DNA of 64,000 nt from Takakia lepidozioides (GCA_030704615.1 CM060734.1:63364001-63428000); one strand, 5' to 3'; numbered from the stretch's first letter, positions 23,150-37,121 are shown. The notes: generated by a model not told the origin, from the sequence alone. Made by a program: numbers and translations.

Positions 23150-24728
23150 TTTTTGTTTTTTCTTTGTTGCCCCCTCTCTCCCTCTGTCTCCCTCTCTACT
23201 GGGAATTGGCAGTTTGCTGTCAGTGTTGATTTTTTGTTTTCTCATCCTCTATCAGGCTTTTTCATCCATACCGGATGAGCCACCAGGATGGACACTGAAT
23301 TACCTCTAGGATGGTTCTTTTGGCCTTTTCATTCCTCCTCTATTGACTCTCATCCATACCGGATGAGTCACCATGGAAGAAAAGAATTACCTCTATGGAG
23401 GTTGCCAACAACATCCTGTTTTTCCATCCGTACCGGATGAAAAACTACCAGGGTGATAATTTTTCATTCCTCTTTTATTGACTCTTTTTATCCATACCGG
23501 ATGGTCTGGTAAGGAATGATAGAATTACCTAGATGGAGGTAAGGCGCTGCCACGGATTATATTCCCTACTTTTTCATCCTGACACAAATGATCTGTCTAT
23601 GGATTATATGATTATGGTCTGGAATTGATCTTTACTACCCCTAATTATGATTAATTACGGTGGAAACCCTAACCCCTACCCCAAAGCCTATTTTTAACCT
23701 TGTTGCGGATGAAATCCATCAGGGTATATGGATTCGTCCTACTGTTTTTCATCCACGGATGAATAATCGGGGACAACCCTATGTCGTCTCTCCTGCTGTC
23801 AGAAGCACGCGATGTGCTTCTGAGCTGCCGCGAGGAGAGGTTATGGCGGGCGTGCTTCGGTGGCTGCCCTGTTTGTGGTGTCGTACCCATGCTGGACGAG
23901 CGCCTGGGGGAGCGCGAAGGCGGCACCTTGTCTCTCTTGCAGCGGGAAACACCACTATGATCTCCCTCCTTTCTAGTGCCTTGCGATTGTGCCTGCTTTG
24001 CTTCATTGCTTATGTGCTTTGTGGAGGCGGCTTGCTGCGGGTGGTGATGGCGCATAACCCTCTTCCCCAATCGCTTAAGGGCATTTGGAGTTTAGGGATT
24101 CTCATGTTCTTATCTCTTTCTCTTGCTTTTGAGTTTCTTAGTTGACATCGATGACAAGTGTGAGGGTCTGTGATTCACCTGGGTTCCACAATCCTCACTA
24201 ACCTGTTGGTTTTTGTTGGGGCTTGTGATGGGACCAGGTGAGGATCCTCACCTACTTTGAAGTTCTTGAGCATGCATATTGGGATATGGGCTGAGGAGAC
24301 CTAGGGTTGTGCGCGTTGTGAGGTGGCTGCTGGCTGCAGCCCTGATTTCAACACAACTGCCCTTGACTTGATATGCTCCAGCCTGCGTTCTGGCCTTTGT
24401 CGTTCTGTCGCGATGCGCAGCTCGGCCTGACGGGGCTTGTTTCCTGAGGCTGCATACAAACCATACCCTACCTTTTAATCTTGACAGCAAAGCTGTGGAT
24501 TACTAAAGCTAGGTTGTAAGTTATTTTGGCCAAAAGAGGATCGGTTTTGGTGGTATGTTTTTGCGGTTTTGAGGTAACTATGGATCTGATGGCCTTGAAG
24601 TTTAAGCGGAAGCCTGGTAGGGTACTGCCCTGCTCCTTGTCAGGGCCTACTTCTGATGTGTACTGGATCGTAGTAAGATGTTCTTTGCATGTCTTAGCAT
24701 GGAACTCTTGAAGGATGAGGATGGGAAG
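23150..24728 (+). repeat. Repeat module, copy 3 (interrupted by the Gypsy at 24729; resumes 38347-38960)
   Basis: Collinear with copy 2; 38770-38955 matches 21760-21950. Confidence 0.65.
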
Positions 24729-25867
24729 TGTTAGAAGACTGTAGGGGACTTAGACACTTATACGGGATCTGTAGGGTACCCTTAATTTTGCACAGACTGA
24801 GACAACAGGAGCCTTAGGGGTGACAGCAGCGCACTGTAGAGGGGGTTACACAGTCGTCAACAGCCGACACAAGCCCGTCACAGTCGTCACAGCCCACACA
24901 GCCGACACAGCGCACAGTCGTCACAGCCCACACAGCCGACACAGACGCCAGTCGTCACAGCCACACACAGCACACAGCCCGTCACAGTCGTCACAACCCA
25001 CACAGCCAACACAGCCGTCACAGTCACAGCAGACACAGCCAACACAGCCCGTCACAGTCGTCACAGCAGACACAGCCCACACAGCCCGTCACAGTCGTCA
25101 CAGCAGACACAACCCTCACAGCGGCACAACCCACACAGCCAGTCACAGCCCGGCACAGCCACACAGCCAGTCACAGCCCGTCACAGCCCGACACAGCCAA
25201 ACACAGCCAGTCACCGCTTGACACAGCTGTCACGATAATAGGGAACGAAGAGTAGGACAGGGAACGACTGTGGGGAACAACACCTGTGAAGGGAACATGT
25301 TAGTTCACAGACGACGGTTAGAGAGGGAAACGGTTAGAACCGCGGGATAGGAGGATAAAGGGAGAAACGGGGAATGAAGGGGGATCATCATTATTCGGAG
25401 GAGGACTTCGGAGTCAGGCTGGAGCGGAGATCGGAGGCAAGAGATGGAGAGCACGATGAAGGAGAAAAGAGGATTAGTAGATGCTTGTTATATGCAAAGC
25501 TGTAGTGATATTGGAGAGCAGATTAGAGACATAATGGCTTCGGCCTGATACCTGATAAATCATAATCTGATACTTATACGATACAATCACACTGTGTAGA
25601 GAGATCTGAGAGAAGCTGTGGATTGAATGGATGAGTGAAGGAAACCGATAGATTGATGAAGCAAACTGATACTTAATTATCAATGCCAAGGGTAGCTAAG
25701 ATGAATGCGGAAAGGGAAACGCAATAGGAAACACCCCCATGATACACTAGCTGTAGGTCATGACTGATTGTTCTGCGCGGGCTGAGTACTTAGAGATTTC
25801 CAACTCTTCTATCTTGGAGTTTCCGCCTCGGATAGCGAAGGGATGGGTGAGTAAAAGCCGCGCGACA
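24729..25867 (+). repeat. 5' LTR (1139 bp) with a GTCACAGCC/CACACAGCC tandem array
   Basis: Near identical to the 3' LTR outside the array. Confidence 0.95.
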
Positions 25868-26455
25868 TTTGGCGACCATACTGGGGACCTGGGACATGAA
25901 CAACCAGATGTGACAGGCATCTGGTGGGATCATGGTGGTTGGACCATTAAAGAATTTGAAGTGAATCAAATTCCCTGTGGAACGAAGGAAGAAAGATTGT
26001 CCAAACAATTCTTTCAAAGGTTCTTGGAATTGCCAGACGGATGTAAAGAAAATATTCTTAAACGAGTGCATGATGCTGATCCAGAATGGGGTCTGGAGAA
26101 AGGAGTGATAAAGATTTATCAGGTAGCCTGTAGAGGAAGAGCACGTTGGTTACCAACATTAGTTTATGTGATAGCGTTGCTATCCATTAAACGAGTAGAG
26201 TTTGAAGGCTGGGAAGAAAGAAAGGTGAATGTTTATACTCATATGCATGAAGAGCTTGTACTGGTAAAGAATTGGATTCCAAAGGATATTTTGTGGATCA
26301 AACTCACACCAAGAACAGCTTTTCAGACTTGTTTGCCATATGGTTATATGGTAACGGAGACTTCAAGTATAGCCAAGGGTGCATTGAAGCTTGAAAGAAA
26401 CCCAGGCATATACGAGAGATATTACAGAAGAGAGTTTTGGTTATTGCCACATTAA
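25760..26455 (+). CDS. Extra 5' ORF (231 aa) starting inside the LTR, unknown function
   Basis: Open frame across the LTR end and PBS; stops 20 nt before the gag ATG. Confidence 0.5.
   Translation: MTDCSARAEYLEISNSSILEFPPRIAKGWVSKSRATFGDHTGDLGHEQPDVTGIWWDHGGWTIKEFEVNQIPCGTKEERLSKQFFQRFLELPDGCKENILKRVHDADPEWGLEKGVIKIYQVACRGRARWLPTLVYVIALLSIKRVEFEGWEERKVNVYTHMHEELVLVKNWIPKDILWIKLTPRTAFQTCLPYGYMVTETSSIAKGALKLERNPGIYERYYRREFWLLPH
25870..25887 (+). other. tRNA primer-binding site (probably tRNA-Arg)
   Basis: TGGCGACCATACTGGGGA, 2 nt after the LTR; resembles the Arg-type PBS of Tat/Ogre elements. Confidence 0.75.
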
Positions 26456-26475
26456 AGAAATAAAAGACATGGGAC

Positions 26476-28423
26476 ATGAGTGATGAAAGAGAAGCTAGAC
26501 GACAGAGATATTCATCAAAAAGAGAAAGCTATCTGAAAGCTAATTATCCATATCTTTGGGAGAGAGGAATAGACATAGGGGAATCATCTGGACCTCTCAC
26601 ACCATCAAGATCAAAAAGTGCATCACCTATACCGGAAGAACTAGAGTTGGATGCCACTCCTTCTGTTTCTTTGCAAGAAAGATTAAGGGAATTGGTACAG
26701 GAAGAAGATCAATCACGAGGTGAAAGATCTGAGGTACATCCTTGGATAAAAGACTTGACAGAAATCTTTGATAAGAGTTGGCATGGAACACCAAAAGCAG
26801 GAACTCCAGTTTCTGAAGCAGAAGATGAAGAAGGAGAAGAGGATGTGGCAGAGCCAACGGAGAGTTCAGACTCTCCAACACCATTACAGTTGAGTTACAT
26901 GAGTGAAGAAGAAACCCAAGGGCAGAACTTGGAGGATGAAAACAGAGAGAAGAAATTAGAAGAGGAAGAATATGAAGAAGTAGACCCAACAGCTGAGGTT
27001 GAGACTACAACCAGGACATCCCAACCCGTTGGACCTGGATCAAGTGGAGCACTTGGATCACAGGCCAACGAAGGTGTCGGCTCAGGGGGATCAGGCGGGC
27101 TGCCTGGATCTGGCTCTGGGGGACAGGGAGTGTGGGAAGTAGTGCAACTGAAGCTGGGAATACTGTGAATATCGTGGGACCAGAAGCAAGGAGTGCTCAA
27201 GGGCCACCACTTGGTGGAAGATCCACCACAAAAACAACAGGTCCAGAAGGACCAGCACCAGCAAGGGTGCCAGCACCTGTCAGTGGGCAGAAGGTAGGGC
27301 CACAGATGGCGTTACAACCAACACGGGCAAAACCACCCTTTCCAATATATTCAGGAAAAGGGGATCCCGATGTACACATTAGCCAATTTGAGCACATGTG
27401 TATAGTGAACAATGAGAATGGCGATGATGCCAAGATGAGACTGTTTCCTTGTTCACTTATCAAGAAAGCAAGTGAATGGTATGCAAGATTCCCTGATAAT
27501 CATTTCCTAACCTGGAATGGCTTGAATACAGCATTTCGAAATAGGTTCAGGACAAGTAAAACTGAGGATGAAGTGTATGGAAGTTTACAACAGCTGAAGC
27601 AGAAGAAGCATGAAACTGTTGAAGAGTATATGGAGAAGATGGAATTGATGATGAAAAAGCTGGCTGCAGTACCAGCGCCCGGTTTACAGAAGACTTGGTT
27701 TGTGAGTGGATTAAGACCAGAGTTGCAAAAGAAAGTGGATATGTTACCCCATAATACAGTGGAGGAGGCATTTGAAACTGCGAACAGAATTGAGCAATTG
27801 GGAATGCTCAGGAGAGAGAAAAAAGAAGATGAGGACTCTGAGGATGAGTCAGATGAAGAAGAAGAGCAAGAACTAAAAAGAAAGAGTAAGAGAAAGGAGA
27901 AGTTGAAGAGGGATAACTATGAAAAAAATTGGAAGAAATCTTGAAGAAGTATGCCACAGAGGCTGCAACACATTGGAGGAAGGGTGTATGGTGTGCAAAG
28001 TGCCAGAATGAAGGCCATACCACCACAGAATGCCACATGAAGGAGAAACACTGTACTATCTGTAAAATGGATAACCATTCTACTGAGAATTGTTACTACA
28101 ACAGAAGGACAGCTGCAAGAGAACCTAGGCAAGTAAGGGTGCATCAGGTGCAGCCCCAGCCAAGAAGAAATAATGATCAGGACCACTATGGTAGGTCTGG
28201 TGGTTATAACAATGGCATGGAAGGGAGAGGTAATTCAAGAGGGAATTACCAAGGAAATTCCAGAGGCAACTATCAGGGTAATCCAAGGGGAATTACCAGC
28301 CCGGGAATCAGGATTATAGAAATAATCCAAGAACAGACCAAGGGCGAGGACCCAATGGTGAAGAGCTATGTTACTATTGTAATCAGCCAGGACATCGCAA
28401 GGCAGCCTGTTCATTCTGGATAA
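26476..28423 (+). pseudogene. Gag (frameshifted)
   Basis: DPDVHISQF...LFPCSL...ASEWY...TWNGLNTAF; knuckles WCAKCQNEGHTTTEC and CTICKMDNHSTENC. Confidence 0.9.
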
Positions 28424-28437
28424 GACACCAGAATGAG

Positions 28438-31400
28438 ATGAGAGCTCCTGTGAATGAGGGCCCAGTGGTGGCAGCTCACATGGTTAGGCCATGTGTTGTA
28501 CCAGAAGTAAGTACAATGATAGTAACAAGAAGTAAAGCCAAACTAATACCTCCAGTAGAAGAGGAAGAAGATGAGAATGGAAGTGGCAATGATATGCCTG
28601 AAGATGAAGAGACTTGGAAAGATGAGAAGGAACTGCACAAGGAAGTGGCAGATACTATAAGGGAAATGCAAAAGAGTACTGATATTCCTGTGGCAGATTC
28701 CTCTGATTCGGATGGAGAAAAAGAAGGGAGTGAGGAAGAAAGGAAAAAAGAAGATGCAGACATGCAAAGTAATGAAGAGACTTTGGCTGCAGTAATATGT
28801 CAGACCAAAGCAGAAATTACCATTGGACAGCTATTAGCTGTGGCACCTTATTGTAGGCACAGGCTGTATCAGGCAATCAATCGAATTGCCCAAGAGACAG
28901 GAAACACAGACCTGAACAGCAAGGTGACCAGTTATAATGTGAAGCCGGAAGGGCGAGAACCAGTCATGGACTTTGATGATTCTATGCCAGTAATCCAATT
29001 GAGAATTGGAAGCACAGAACTAACTGATGTACTGATAGATGGTGGTTCTGGAGTAAATATCATGACAGACCAATTAAGGAAGAAGCTTGGTCTAAGTAAC
29101 ATGAAACCAGCCCCATTTACAGTAACAATGGCAGATCAAAGAAGTGTACAGCCATTGGGATTAATAAGAGGAGTTAAGATACAGATACAGAAAATGATCT
29201 TTATGATCACAGTAACTGTATTAAAAATGGATGAAGTCATGGAGGCTTACTCCTTATTATTGGGACGTCCGTGGCTGAAACAGGCCAGGGTATTCCATGA
29301 CTGGAATTCTCAGTTACTAACTGTGCATAATGGGATGCACGAGATACAAATTACCACAAAGAAATCTAGTAGATTACCTGCTACAAGAAGACCTCGAGGA
29401 GTCAGAGAGTATGACTGGAGAGGAGGACTGGATGAGGAGCAGGAAGCTACCCTATTTGCTGCACACCCAGAATGGGAGCAGGTTGCGGAGATGCGGCTGG
29501 AAAGCCTAAGTTGTTTAAGAGGTATCTGCTGTGGTGTAGTGTCGGCAACACCAATTGAAGAGGAAACCAGCAGTTACCCACCACATTTCTATGAAGAAAA
29601 GGAGGGAGAGATAGAAATCCTAGAAGAACCAGCCACTGTGAGCTTAAAGGATGAAGTGGTGACTGGTTGGACAATCACAGCTGATGAGCAGGTGAGAGAA
29701 GTAAATGTGGGAACTCAGGAGGAACCGAGAATGGTGAAAGTAGGAGCTGATTTGGAGCCGGAATTCTTCGAAGAAGCTAAAAGCTTGTTCATCAAATACA
29801 GAGATGTATTTGCTTGGAGCTATGAGGATCTAAAAGGGATACCACCTGAAGTCTGTCAGCATAAGATTGAACTGGAACCAGGGTCAGTACCAATCAAGCA
29901 GGCGAGGTATAGAATGAATCCCAACTACGCACAGAAGGTTGGAGAAGAGATAAAGAAGTTGGCTGAGGCTAAGTTTATATACCCAATAGAGTATACAACT
30001 TGGTTGTCACCCATTGTTATAGTTCCAAAGAAGAATGGCAAGCTAAGAGTATGTGTGAACTATAAGAAGCTGAATGCTTGTACGAAGAAAGATCCTTTCC
30101 CTTTGCCATTCACAGAAGCAGTATTAGACACTGTGGCAGGCCATGAGATGTACTCATTCATGGATGGCTTCAGTGGTTATAATCAAGTGCAAGTGGCAGA
30201 AGAAGACCAAGGGAAAACAGCTTTCATCACAGACTGGGGGGCTTATGCATACAAAGTCATGCCCTTTGGACTTTGTAATGCACCAGCGACCTTTCAGAGA
30301 GTGATAAGTGAATCTTTTCATGAGTATCTGGATGATTTCATGCAGGTGTTTTTGGATGATTTCAGTGTGTACAGCTCTAAGAATGAGCACTTGCATAAAT
30401 TGGAGTTATGCCTGGCCAGATGCAGGATGAGAGGTCTGGGCTTGAATCCAGAGAAGTGTACTTTCTGTGTGAACTCAGGGGTGCTTCTGGGACACATTGT
30501 GTGTAAGAAGGGACTTCTTGTGGATCCCAGGAAGACAGAGTCCATTAAAGTCTCTCCACCACCAGTGAATGTTAAGAGTTTAAGGAGATTCCTTGGGCAA
30601 ACCAGTTATTACAGAAGATTTGTCAAAAGGTATGCACAAATAGCAGCACCATTGAGCAAGCTTCTGAAGAAAGATGCAGTGTTTGCCTGGACAGCTGAAT
30701 GTCAACAGGCGTTTGAGGAACTTACACTGTCAGTAACAACTACACCTGTGCTGATTAACCCTCACTGGCATGTAGTATTTCATGTTCACTGCGATGCATC
30801 AGGAGAAGCGTTGGGGCGGTGTTAGCCCAGAATGTTACAGGGAATATAGATTCACCTGTGTACTATGCTAGCCGATTGATGAACAGTGCTGAGAGGAACT
30901 ATAGTACAACGGAAAGAGAAGCATTGGCAATGATTTATGCAGTCAAGAAATTCAGGCATTACCTATTGGGAAGAAAGTTTATGTTTTATGTGGATCACCA
31001 GGCTCTGATATATCTGGTGAACAAACCTTTGATAAGTGGAAGGATAGCGAGGTGGTTAATAATCTTGCATGAGTTTGAGTTCGAGGTTATTTACAAGCCT
31101 GGCCGTTTGCATCTTGTGGCAGATCATTTGTCACGACTAACAACAGGAGAGGCCGCCACAGGAGTGGACGATCAGTTACCTGATGCGAGTTTATTTGTAA
31201 TGGAGGTGCAAGGAAGTGCAGATGAATGGTTAGATTGGCAGTGGCCAATCAGATACTACCTTGCTCATGGTCAGTGCCCACCTAGTTATGGTAAGGAGCA
31301 GAGGAAGAGAATTGCTATCAGAGCTTTACCTTATACTATGGTAGGAAGCAGAATGTATAAGTTAGGACCTGATGGAGTACTAAAACGATGCTTGTACCAC

Positions 31401-32874
31401 CATGAAGTAAATAAAGTCTTGGAGGAAGTTCATAAAGGAGTGGCTGGAGGTCATTTTGGAGAAGAGACTACCAGTAGAAAGATACTACTCGCAGGATACT
31501 GGTGGCCTACTTTGTTCAAAGATGTACATGAGTATTGTCAGAAGTGTGATGAATGTCAGAGGCTAGGACCTTTGCAGAGATCTGGAAGAATGGCCTTGCA
31601 TCCTACAATGCCTACGAACCATTTCAGAAATGGGGACTAGACTTTGTTGGACCAATTAATCCACCATCCAAGAATACACGAAACAGGTACATAATTACAG
31701 CCACTGATTATACTACAAAGTGGGTGGAAGCTAAAGCTTTGAGGGACAACACAGCCAAGTCCACAGCAAGGTTCCTGTACGAGAACATACTTACACGATT
31801 TGGATGTCCCTTAGAATTTATCAGTGATCAAGGAAGTCACTTCATGAATGAGACCATTGAGTTATTGACTAAAGAGTTTATGATTGTGCATAGAAAGAGT
31901 ACAACATATTACCCACAGGGTAATGGGCAGGCAGAGGCTACCAACAAAATACTATGTACTATCTTGGCTAAGATAGTCAATGCAAACAGAACGGATTGGG
32001 ATACAAAGCTGCTGACAGCTTTGTGGTCATACAGGACTTCATATAAAGTCACCACTAAGTATACACCATTCCAATTAGTTTATGGTATGGAAGCCTTACT
32101 TCCAGTGGAATTCCTGTTACCTACCATGAGAACGGAGTGGGGAAAAAGAATGGAATTGCAAGACTCCATCAAGGTCAGGAAACATGAATTATACCATGTG
32201 GAAGAAGTACGTGCTGATGCAGCTGATAATATGACCAGAATTCAGATGAAGCGAAAGGAACAGTTTGATGAAGGCAAATAAAGACTTTTAAGACGGGGGA
32301 TTTGGTTCTATGGTTGCAGAAGAAAGGAAAGATTCAAGCTTCTAAGCTCAAATCACCGTGGAAAGGACCTTATGTCATACAAAAGATGTATGATAACAAC
32401 ACCGCCATGTTACAAACCATTAACAAAGAAATGCTAGGAAGAGTGAATGCAAATAAGTTGAAGGGGTACAGTGGTATCCATGACAAACCCCTGCAGCATG
32501 ATTTGCATATAGAACCGCAAGAACAGTCACGGGCTGCACCAGTGTTACGAACGGAGTATGGAACACTTGTTGCTAGGCCCAGCATATACGACCAGGGTGG
32601 GCAAAACAAACGTGACACAGCCTATCACAGCCGCCAAGGCGCAACACAGCCTATCACAGCCCATCACGACGTGACACAGCCAACCACAGCCCATCACGAC
32701 GTGACACAGCCTATCACAGCCCATCACGACATGACACAGCCTATCACAACCTACCACAGCGTGTCACAGCCTATCACAGCTTACCACAGTGCATCACAGC
32801 CTATCACAGCGAAACACAGTATGACACAGCCTGTCACAGCTCAACACAGCCTACTAAAGTTACACCATCCATAG
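28438..32874 (+). pseudogene. Pol PR-RT-RH-IN (several frameshifts)
   Basis: LIDGGSG, FMDGFSGYNQ, MPFGLCNAP, FLDDF, HCDAS, WGLDFVGP, ISDQGSHF, GQAE, WKGPY. Confidence 0.95.
32612..32850 (+). repeat. ~30-bp tandem repeat (GTGACACAGCCTATCACAGCCCATCACGAC)
   Basis: About 7-8 degenerate units at the end of pol. Confidence 0.85.
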
Positions 32875-33536
32875 AATCAGTGGCAAGTGGACACATAATA
32901 ACTTCAGGAAAATGGATGACGGAAGAGGAAACGGAAATTACTTTAAAAATAGACACGTGGAGGTCAGGGTGCGACACACAGCAAAGAATGAAGTGCAAGG
33001 ACAGGTGTCAAAAAGAAAAAAAACGGCCGTCAAAAGGGATGAAAGGCGGGCCCATTAATGAATACGGAAAAAGGGAAACGGAACGAACGGCAAGTACAGA
33101 AAAGCTGAATTCATGTCGCATGTGTGATCCTAGTGGACTATCCAACAGGGAAAGTCCACTAAAGAAGATAAAAGTTAAAATCCAGTCACAGCAGATACAG
33201 CCAATAGAAAACCAGAGAAATGATCAAGAAAATGGAAGAAAATTGGGCGCAAGAGGCGGCGTCGTTCTGAGTAACGGGCGTCTCGACAGGACAGGCCATA
33301 AATGCTATAACTTGGAAACTATGGAGGAACTAACAGACTATACGCTCGCAATATTACTTACGCAGTGGCATAGACACGAAACGACAGAGCAGAGCTTTTC
33401 TCTTGAACAATGCTTGCAAGCCCCGCAGGCTTACAAGAGATTACCCATAGCTTTCTGCGGCAACCATACGTTTCTGCTTTGTGCACTACAGGCATTCCTG
33501 CAGTTGTTACAGCCAAAGCAGTTCTGTGAGTCTAAG

Positions 33537-36500
33537 ATGAAGAGAGTGAGAGGAATGGAGGAAATCAGGGTGAAGAGCACCACAATTCTGCAGAAACAAA
33601 CGATGGCTACCCCACAGGCGATAAAGATACTGGAGGAGCTGAGATTGGAAGGATTGCAAAGCCTAGATTGGACACTACACCATAGACAGTACATGTTACA
33701 ATTTTTGCAGAACTTTGAGCCAAGGACAGGAACAACAACGGTGAAGGGAGTTGAATTAATGATTACTCCCCTATACCTCCAGCAATTGTTTCATTGCCAG
33801 CAGGTCAGGTGCATGTGGGGGAACACAGGGCAAGACTGCAAATAGGGGACTTATTCCAAGAAGGGAGTTTCTTTAAAACTCAGGGTTATGCTTGTACCAA
33901 AGCTGTGTACCCAGGGTTAAAAGAGATAGGCCAGGTATTGAACGTTCTGTTTGCCCTGAAACAGAACCAACAATATTTGAGCAGATCCTTCACGGAGGAA
34001 ATACTCAAAGGCCTGAAGGGACAAGAGGTACAATGGGCGGACATAATGTACAACGCACTAGTAGAGGAGATGAAAAGATTACAAGGTACTACCGCAAAGT
34101 CTCCTATCATAGTGTCTGGCCCAATCATTGCTCAAATAATCCTTAATTCTGGCATACTTAATGCACAAGAAAGGAAGGAAATGGGAGTGTTTGAGCCAGA
34201 AACAACTGCAATGGAAGAGCAAGGCTCTTCACACAGTGAGGGTGGACTAGCAGCACAACCCGAGACTAAGAGGCAGAGAAGGGGAAAGACTGTAGTGGCG
34301 GATCCACTGGCTTCACGGATTCCGCATGATAATGTTTCCCAAGCTCATGACCAGGAAGGGGCACAGCAGCACAAAAGAATGTTATTACTGGAAGCAGGAC
34401 CTTCAGAGAGGGAGGAGGAAGTTACTTCTGCATCACAGCCAACACAGCCACTTGAACGACTTGTCACAAGGTCACAAGTTATCCATGCAGCTCAACCCGA
34501 AATAATTGATTTGGAAAGTGAAGGGATAGATATTCCAACTACAGAACAGATAGTGGCAGAAATAGAGAAAGGGGACCTTCTCTATGAATATTCTGGTCTG
34601 GTCAAGGAGACAGAATTCCCAGAGGTGCAACAGTTGCCCAAGGGAATCCTGAGGTGCATATAATGCACACACCTGTGTTGGAGGTACCACAGGCGGAAGG
34701 TCATGACACTGTAACACCAGTCATAGATGAAGTAGTTCAGGAAGAAAATCCGGTGGGACAATGGCCTGAATGGTTAGTGAGACATCATACTGTTGAAGAT
34801 CGGGAGGAACAGCAGCAACCTCACCATGATGACCCTCAACAGGCAATGCTGATGAGTTCCATAGGCAGGACACTTAATTTGTTGGGGACTTATGTCAAAT
34901 CCCATGTTCCAATTACCCAATTGACAGCCTTGAAAGAGGAACTCAGGAAGGAGTTTGAGGCTCGACTTGCCACTGAGTGTGCAAACAAGGTCGATGAAGA
35001 GGTCACTCTCAAGATGAAGCAGGACTTGGGCAACACAGAAATGGCTTTGCAGTTGGCCAAGCAACAATTGATTGAGGCAAACCTCGCGCAAGACCAGTTG
35101 CACGAAGCACATAAGCAACAGCTATACCAAATGCAGGTGCAGCATGAAAGCAAGTTGCAAGAACTGAATGCACTACATACGGAGTTGCAGACAGTGCATA
35201 ACAGGATGGCGATACAATGTGCTACATTTACAACTATGCTTGACCAATCAACAAAAGAAATAAACAGTCAAGCGGAAAAATGTACGAAGGCAGAAGAAGA
35301 GAATGTTGAGCAAATGAAGCTCATTGTCGATATGAAGAATACAATCTGTCGCCATGAAGATACTTTCAAGCAATACAGGCAGAGGGAAGCTGATCAAGAG
35401 AAACACATCGTGGAGTTGCAACAAACCATCGTGGCCAATAGAAATGAAATCGCGGTCAGTAACAAGGCTTCGAAGGAAGCCAATAATCTACTTGCTGCCT
35501 ATGCGCAATTGGTTGAGCCACAGGCGAAGCGCATGGAGGCTTTACAACAGCAGTTGGAATTGTACAAGCTAAGAGAGGAGCAAACTCTCAGGGGAACCAC
35601 AAGCAGCTTGGTGGATAACAGCCTTATGCAAGTCTGGTTAGCACAAGGGCCAGTAGAGGGCAAACGCCCACGGAAGCTCACCCAAAGCGAGATGAATGAG
35701 CTCAGACTGCAGGTGCAGAACATTGCCACAACTACTATAGACATATATAGTAGGATAGCAGAGTTACAAGAGGATGTAGACGGACTCCAGACTCAAGTGG
35801 AAAACCTCACTTCAAACATCGACCAAAGAGTCTATATCCCTCAGGAACAGCTAATGGCTTCTTATTTGCAAGCCAGAACTCTGGCTTTTCAGTCTTCACA
35901 GGAGGTGCAGGAGATGCCAATGATACAGGAGCCAGTACCACCACCACCACAACAGGTCAGTGTACCAGTAGCTGAACCTGTGGTTACTACAACCACACCA
36001 CAACCACCACAGCCGGAGGTATGGGGCAATGCCGCTTTTAACCCACCTAAAACTCCAGCTGCAAGGGAGTACAGCAGGGCTATGCTTATGCCCTTCAACC
36101 AAATTCTCATCATGTTGGATTTGGCTTGGAAAGAATTTAGTCCTCCGCAGTCATTTGCACATTACTACCAAATCATGCGTATTTGGCTGCCAGTGGCAAC
36201 TAGGACTAAAGTTCTTCCAAACAATCGACATATTGAAGATCATCACTTTGCACAATACTGGCACGAGGCAGGTACCATGTTGAGGGAATTGGTTGCTTTC
36301 CAGGTTGTACATGGACTCATTTATACCAAGACCAAGGAGATAGCAAGTATTGTCATGGGGTGCGGGCTATACTACGCTGCTTGTTTTCTGGTACGTTACC
36401 ACATTGAGCAACAAAAGATGCAAACACGCTTTCAAAGTTACTCCAGTGGAGATCATTGGGTATTACCTTCGGTGCCACCTCATATGTACCTATATGACCC

Positions 36501-37083
36501 AAAAGTTATGATGCAGAAGGATTCTCAAATTCGTTCATGGTTTCAAGCAGCCTGCAACCAATTGTCAACACAGAAATTCGGACTTGATGACATTTTCTAT
36601 AAGGGACATGTGGCATGGAAGTACTTGCACGCTGCACCAGTAATTGGTACCCCACTCATCTGGACAGACAAGGAGCTCAGTGCCTACACCAATTTTGTTG
36701 TTCAGCGGTTACACCAAGTTGTAAAATACAAACTTCCAGACATGGTAGGACAGCATTGTATGCCCCAGATGATTCCACAAAAAGTTAGAAAATTAAAACA
36801 CCTGAGAGGCGATGAGGATTCTGATACAACTGTTTCTTCACAGAATTCTTTTGACATGGGAGAAGACTATGCAATTCAGATGGAAGAGAAGAAACAAAGG
36901 GGATCTCCTATGCCGGAAAGATTACCTCGATATCAGCCTCCAGAAGGCCTCACTTATCCAGGTAGTGATCAACCATCTCCATCAACCAGAGACAGACCTC
37001 GGGCTCGTACACACAGCCCACCACGAAACTATCAACGTCAACAAGGTGCTCACTCACAAAGGTTTGCTACTCGAAAACAGTAA
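33537..37083 (+). pseudogene. Large 3' extra ORF (~1180 aa over three frames): plant-transposon/Athila-ORF-like N-terminus plus coiled coil
   Basis: ORFs 32880-33845, 33794-34663 and 34654-37083 are joinable by frameshifts; EVQWADIMYNALVEEM...GPIIAQI motif; long Q/E/K/L heptad region. Confidence 0.7.
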
Positions 37084-37104
37084 ACCGTGAGGACACGGCT
37101 TTTT

Positions 37105-37118
37105 GAGGGGGGAAGGGG
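37105..37118 (+). other. Polypurine tract
   Basis: GAGGGGGGAAGGGG just before the 3' LTR. Confidence 0.9.
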
Positions 37119-37121
37119 TAA

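Noticed and set aside
19480-23770. CRISPR-like array or hammerhead ribozymes in the CATCC/GGATGA repeats
   Set aside because: Repeats are degenerate with irregular, mutually related spacers and no cas genes; the core is mostly CGGATGA, not CTGATGA with the required stems.
24820-25221. ORFs in the LTR tandem arrays (also 37103-37702)
   Set aside because: Low-complexity by-products of stop-free repeats.
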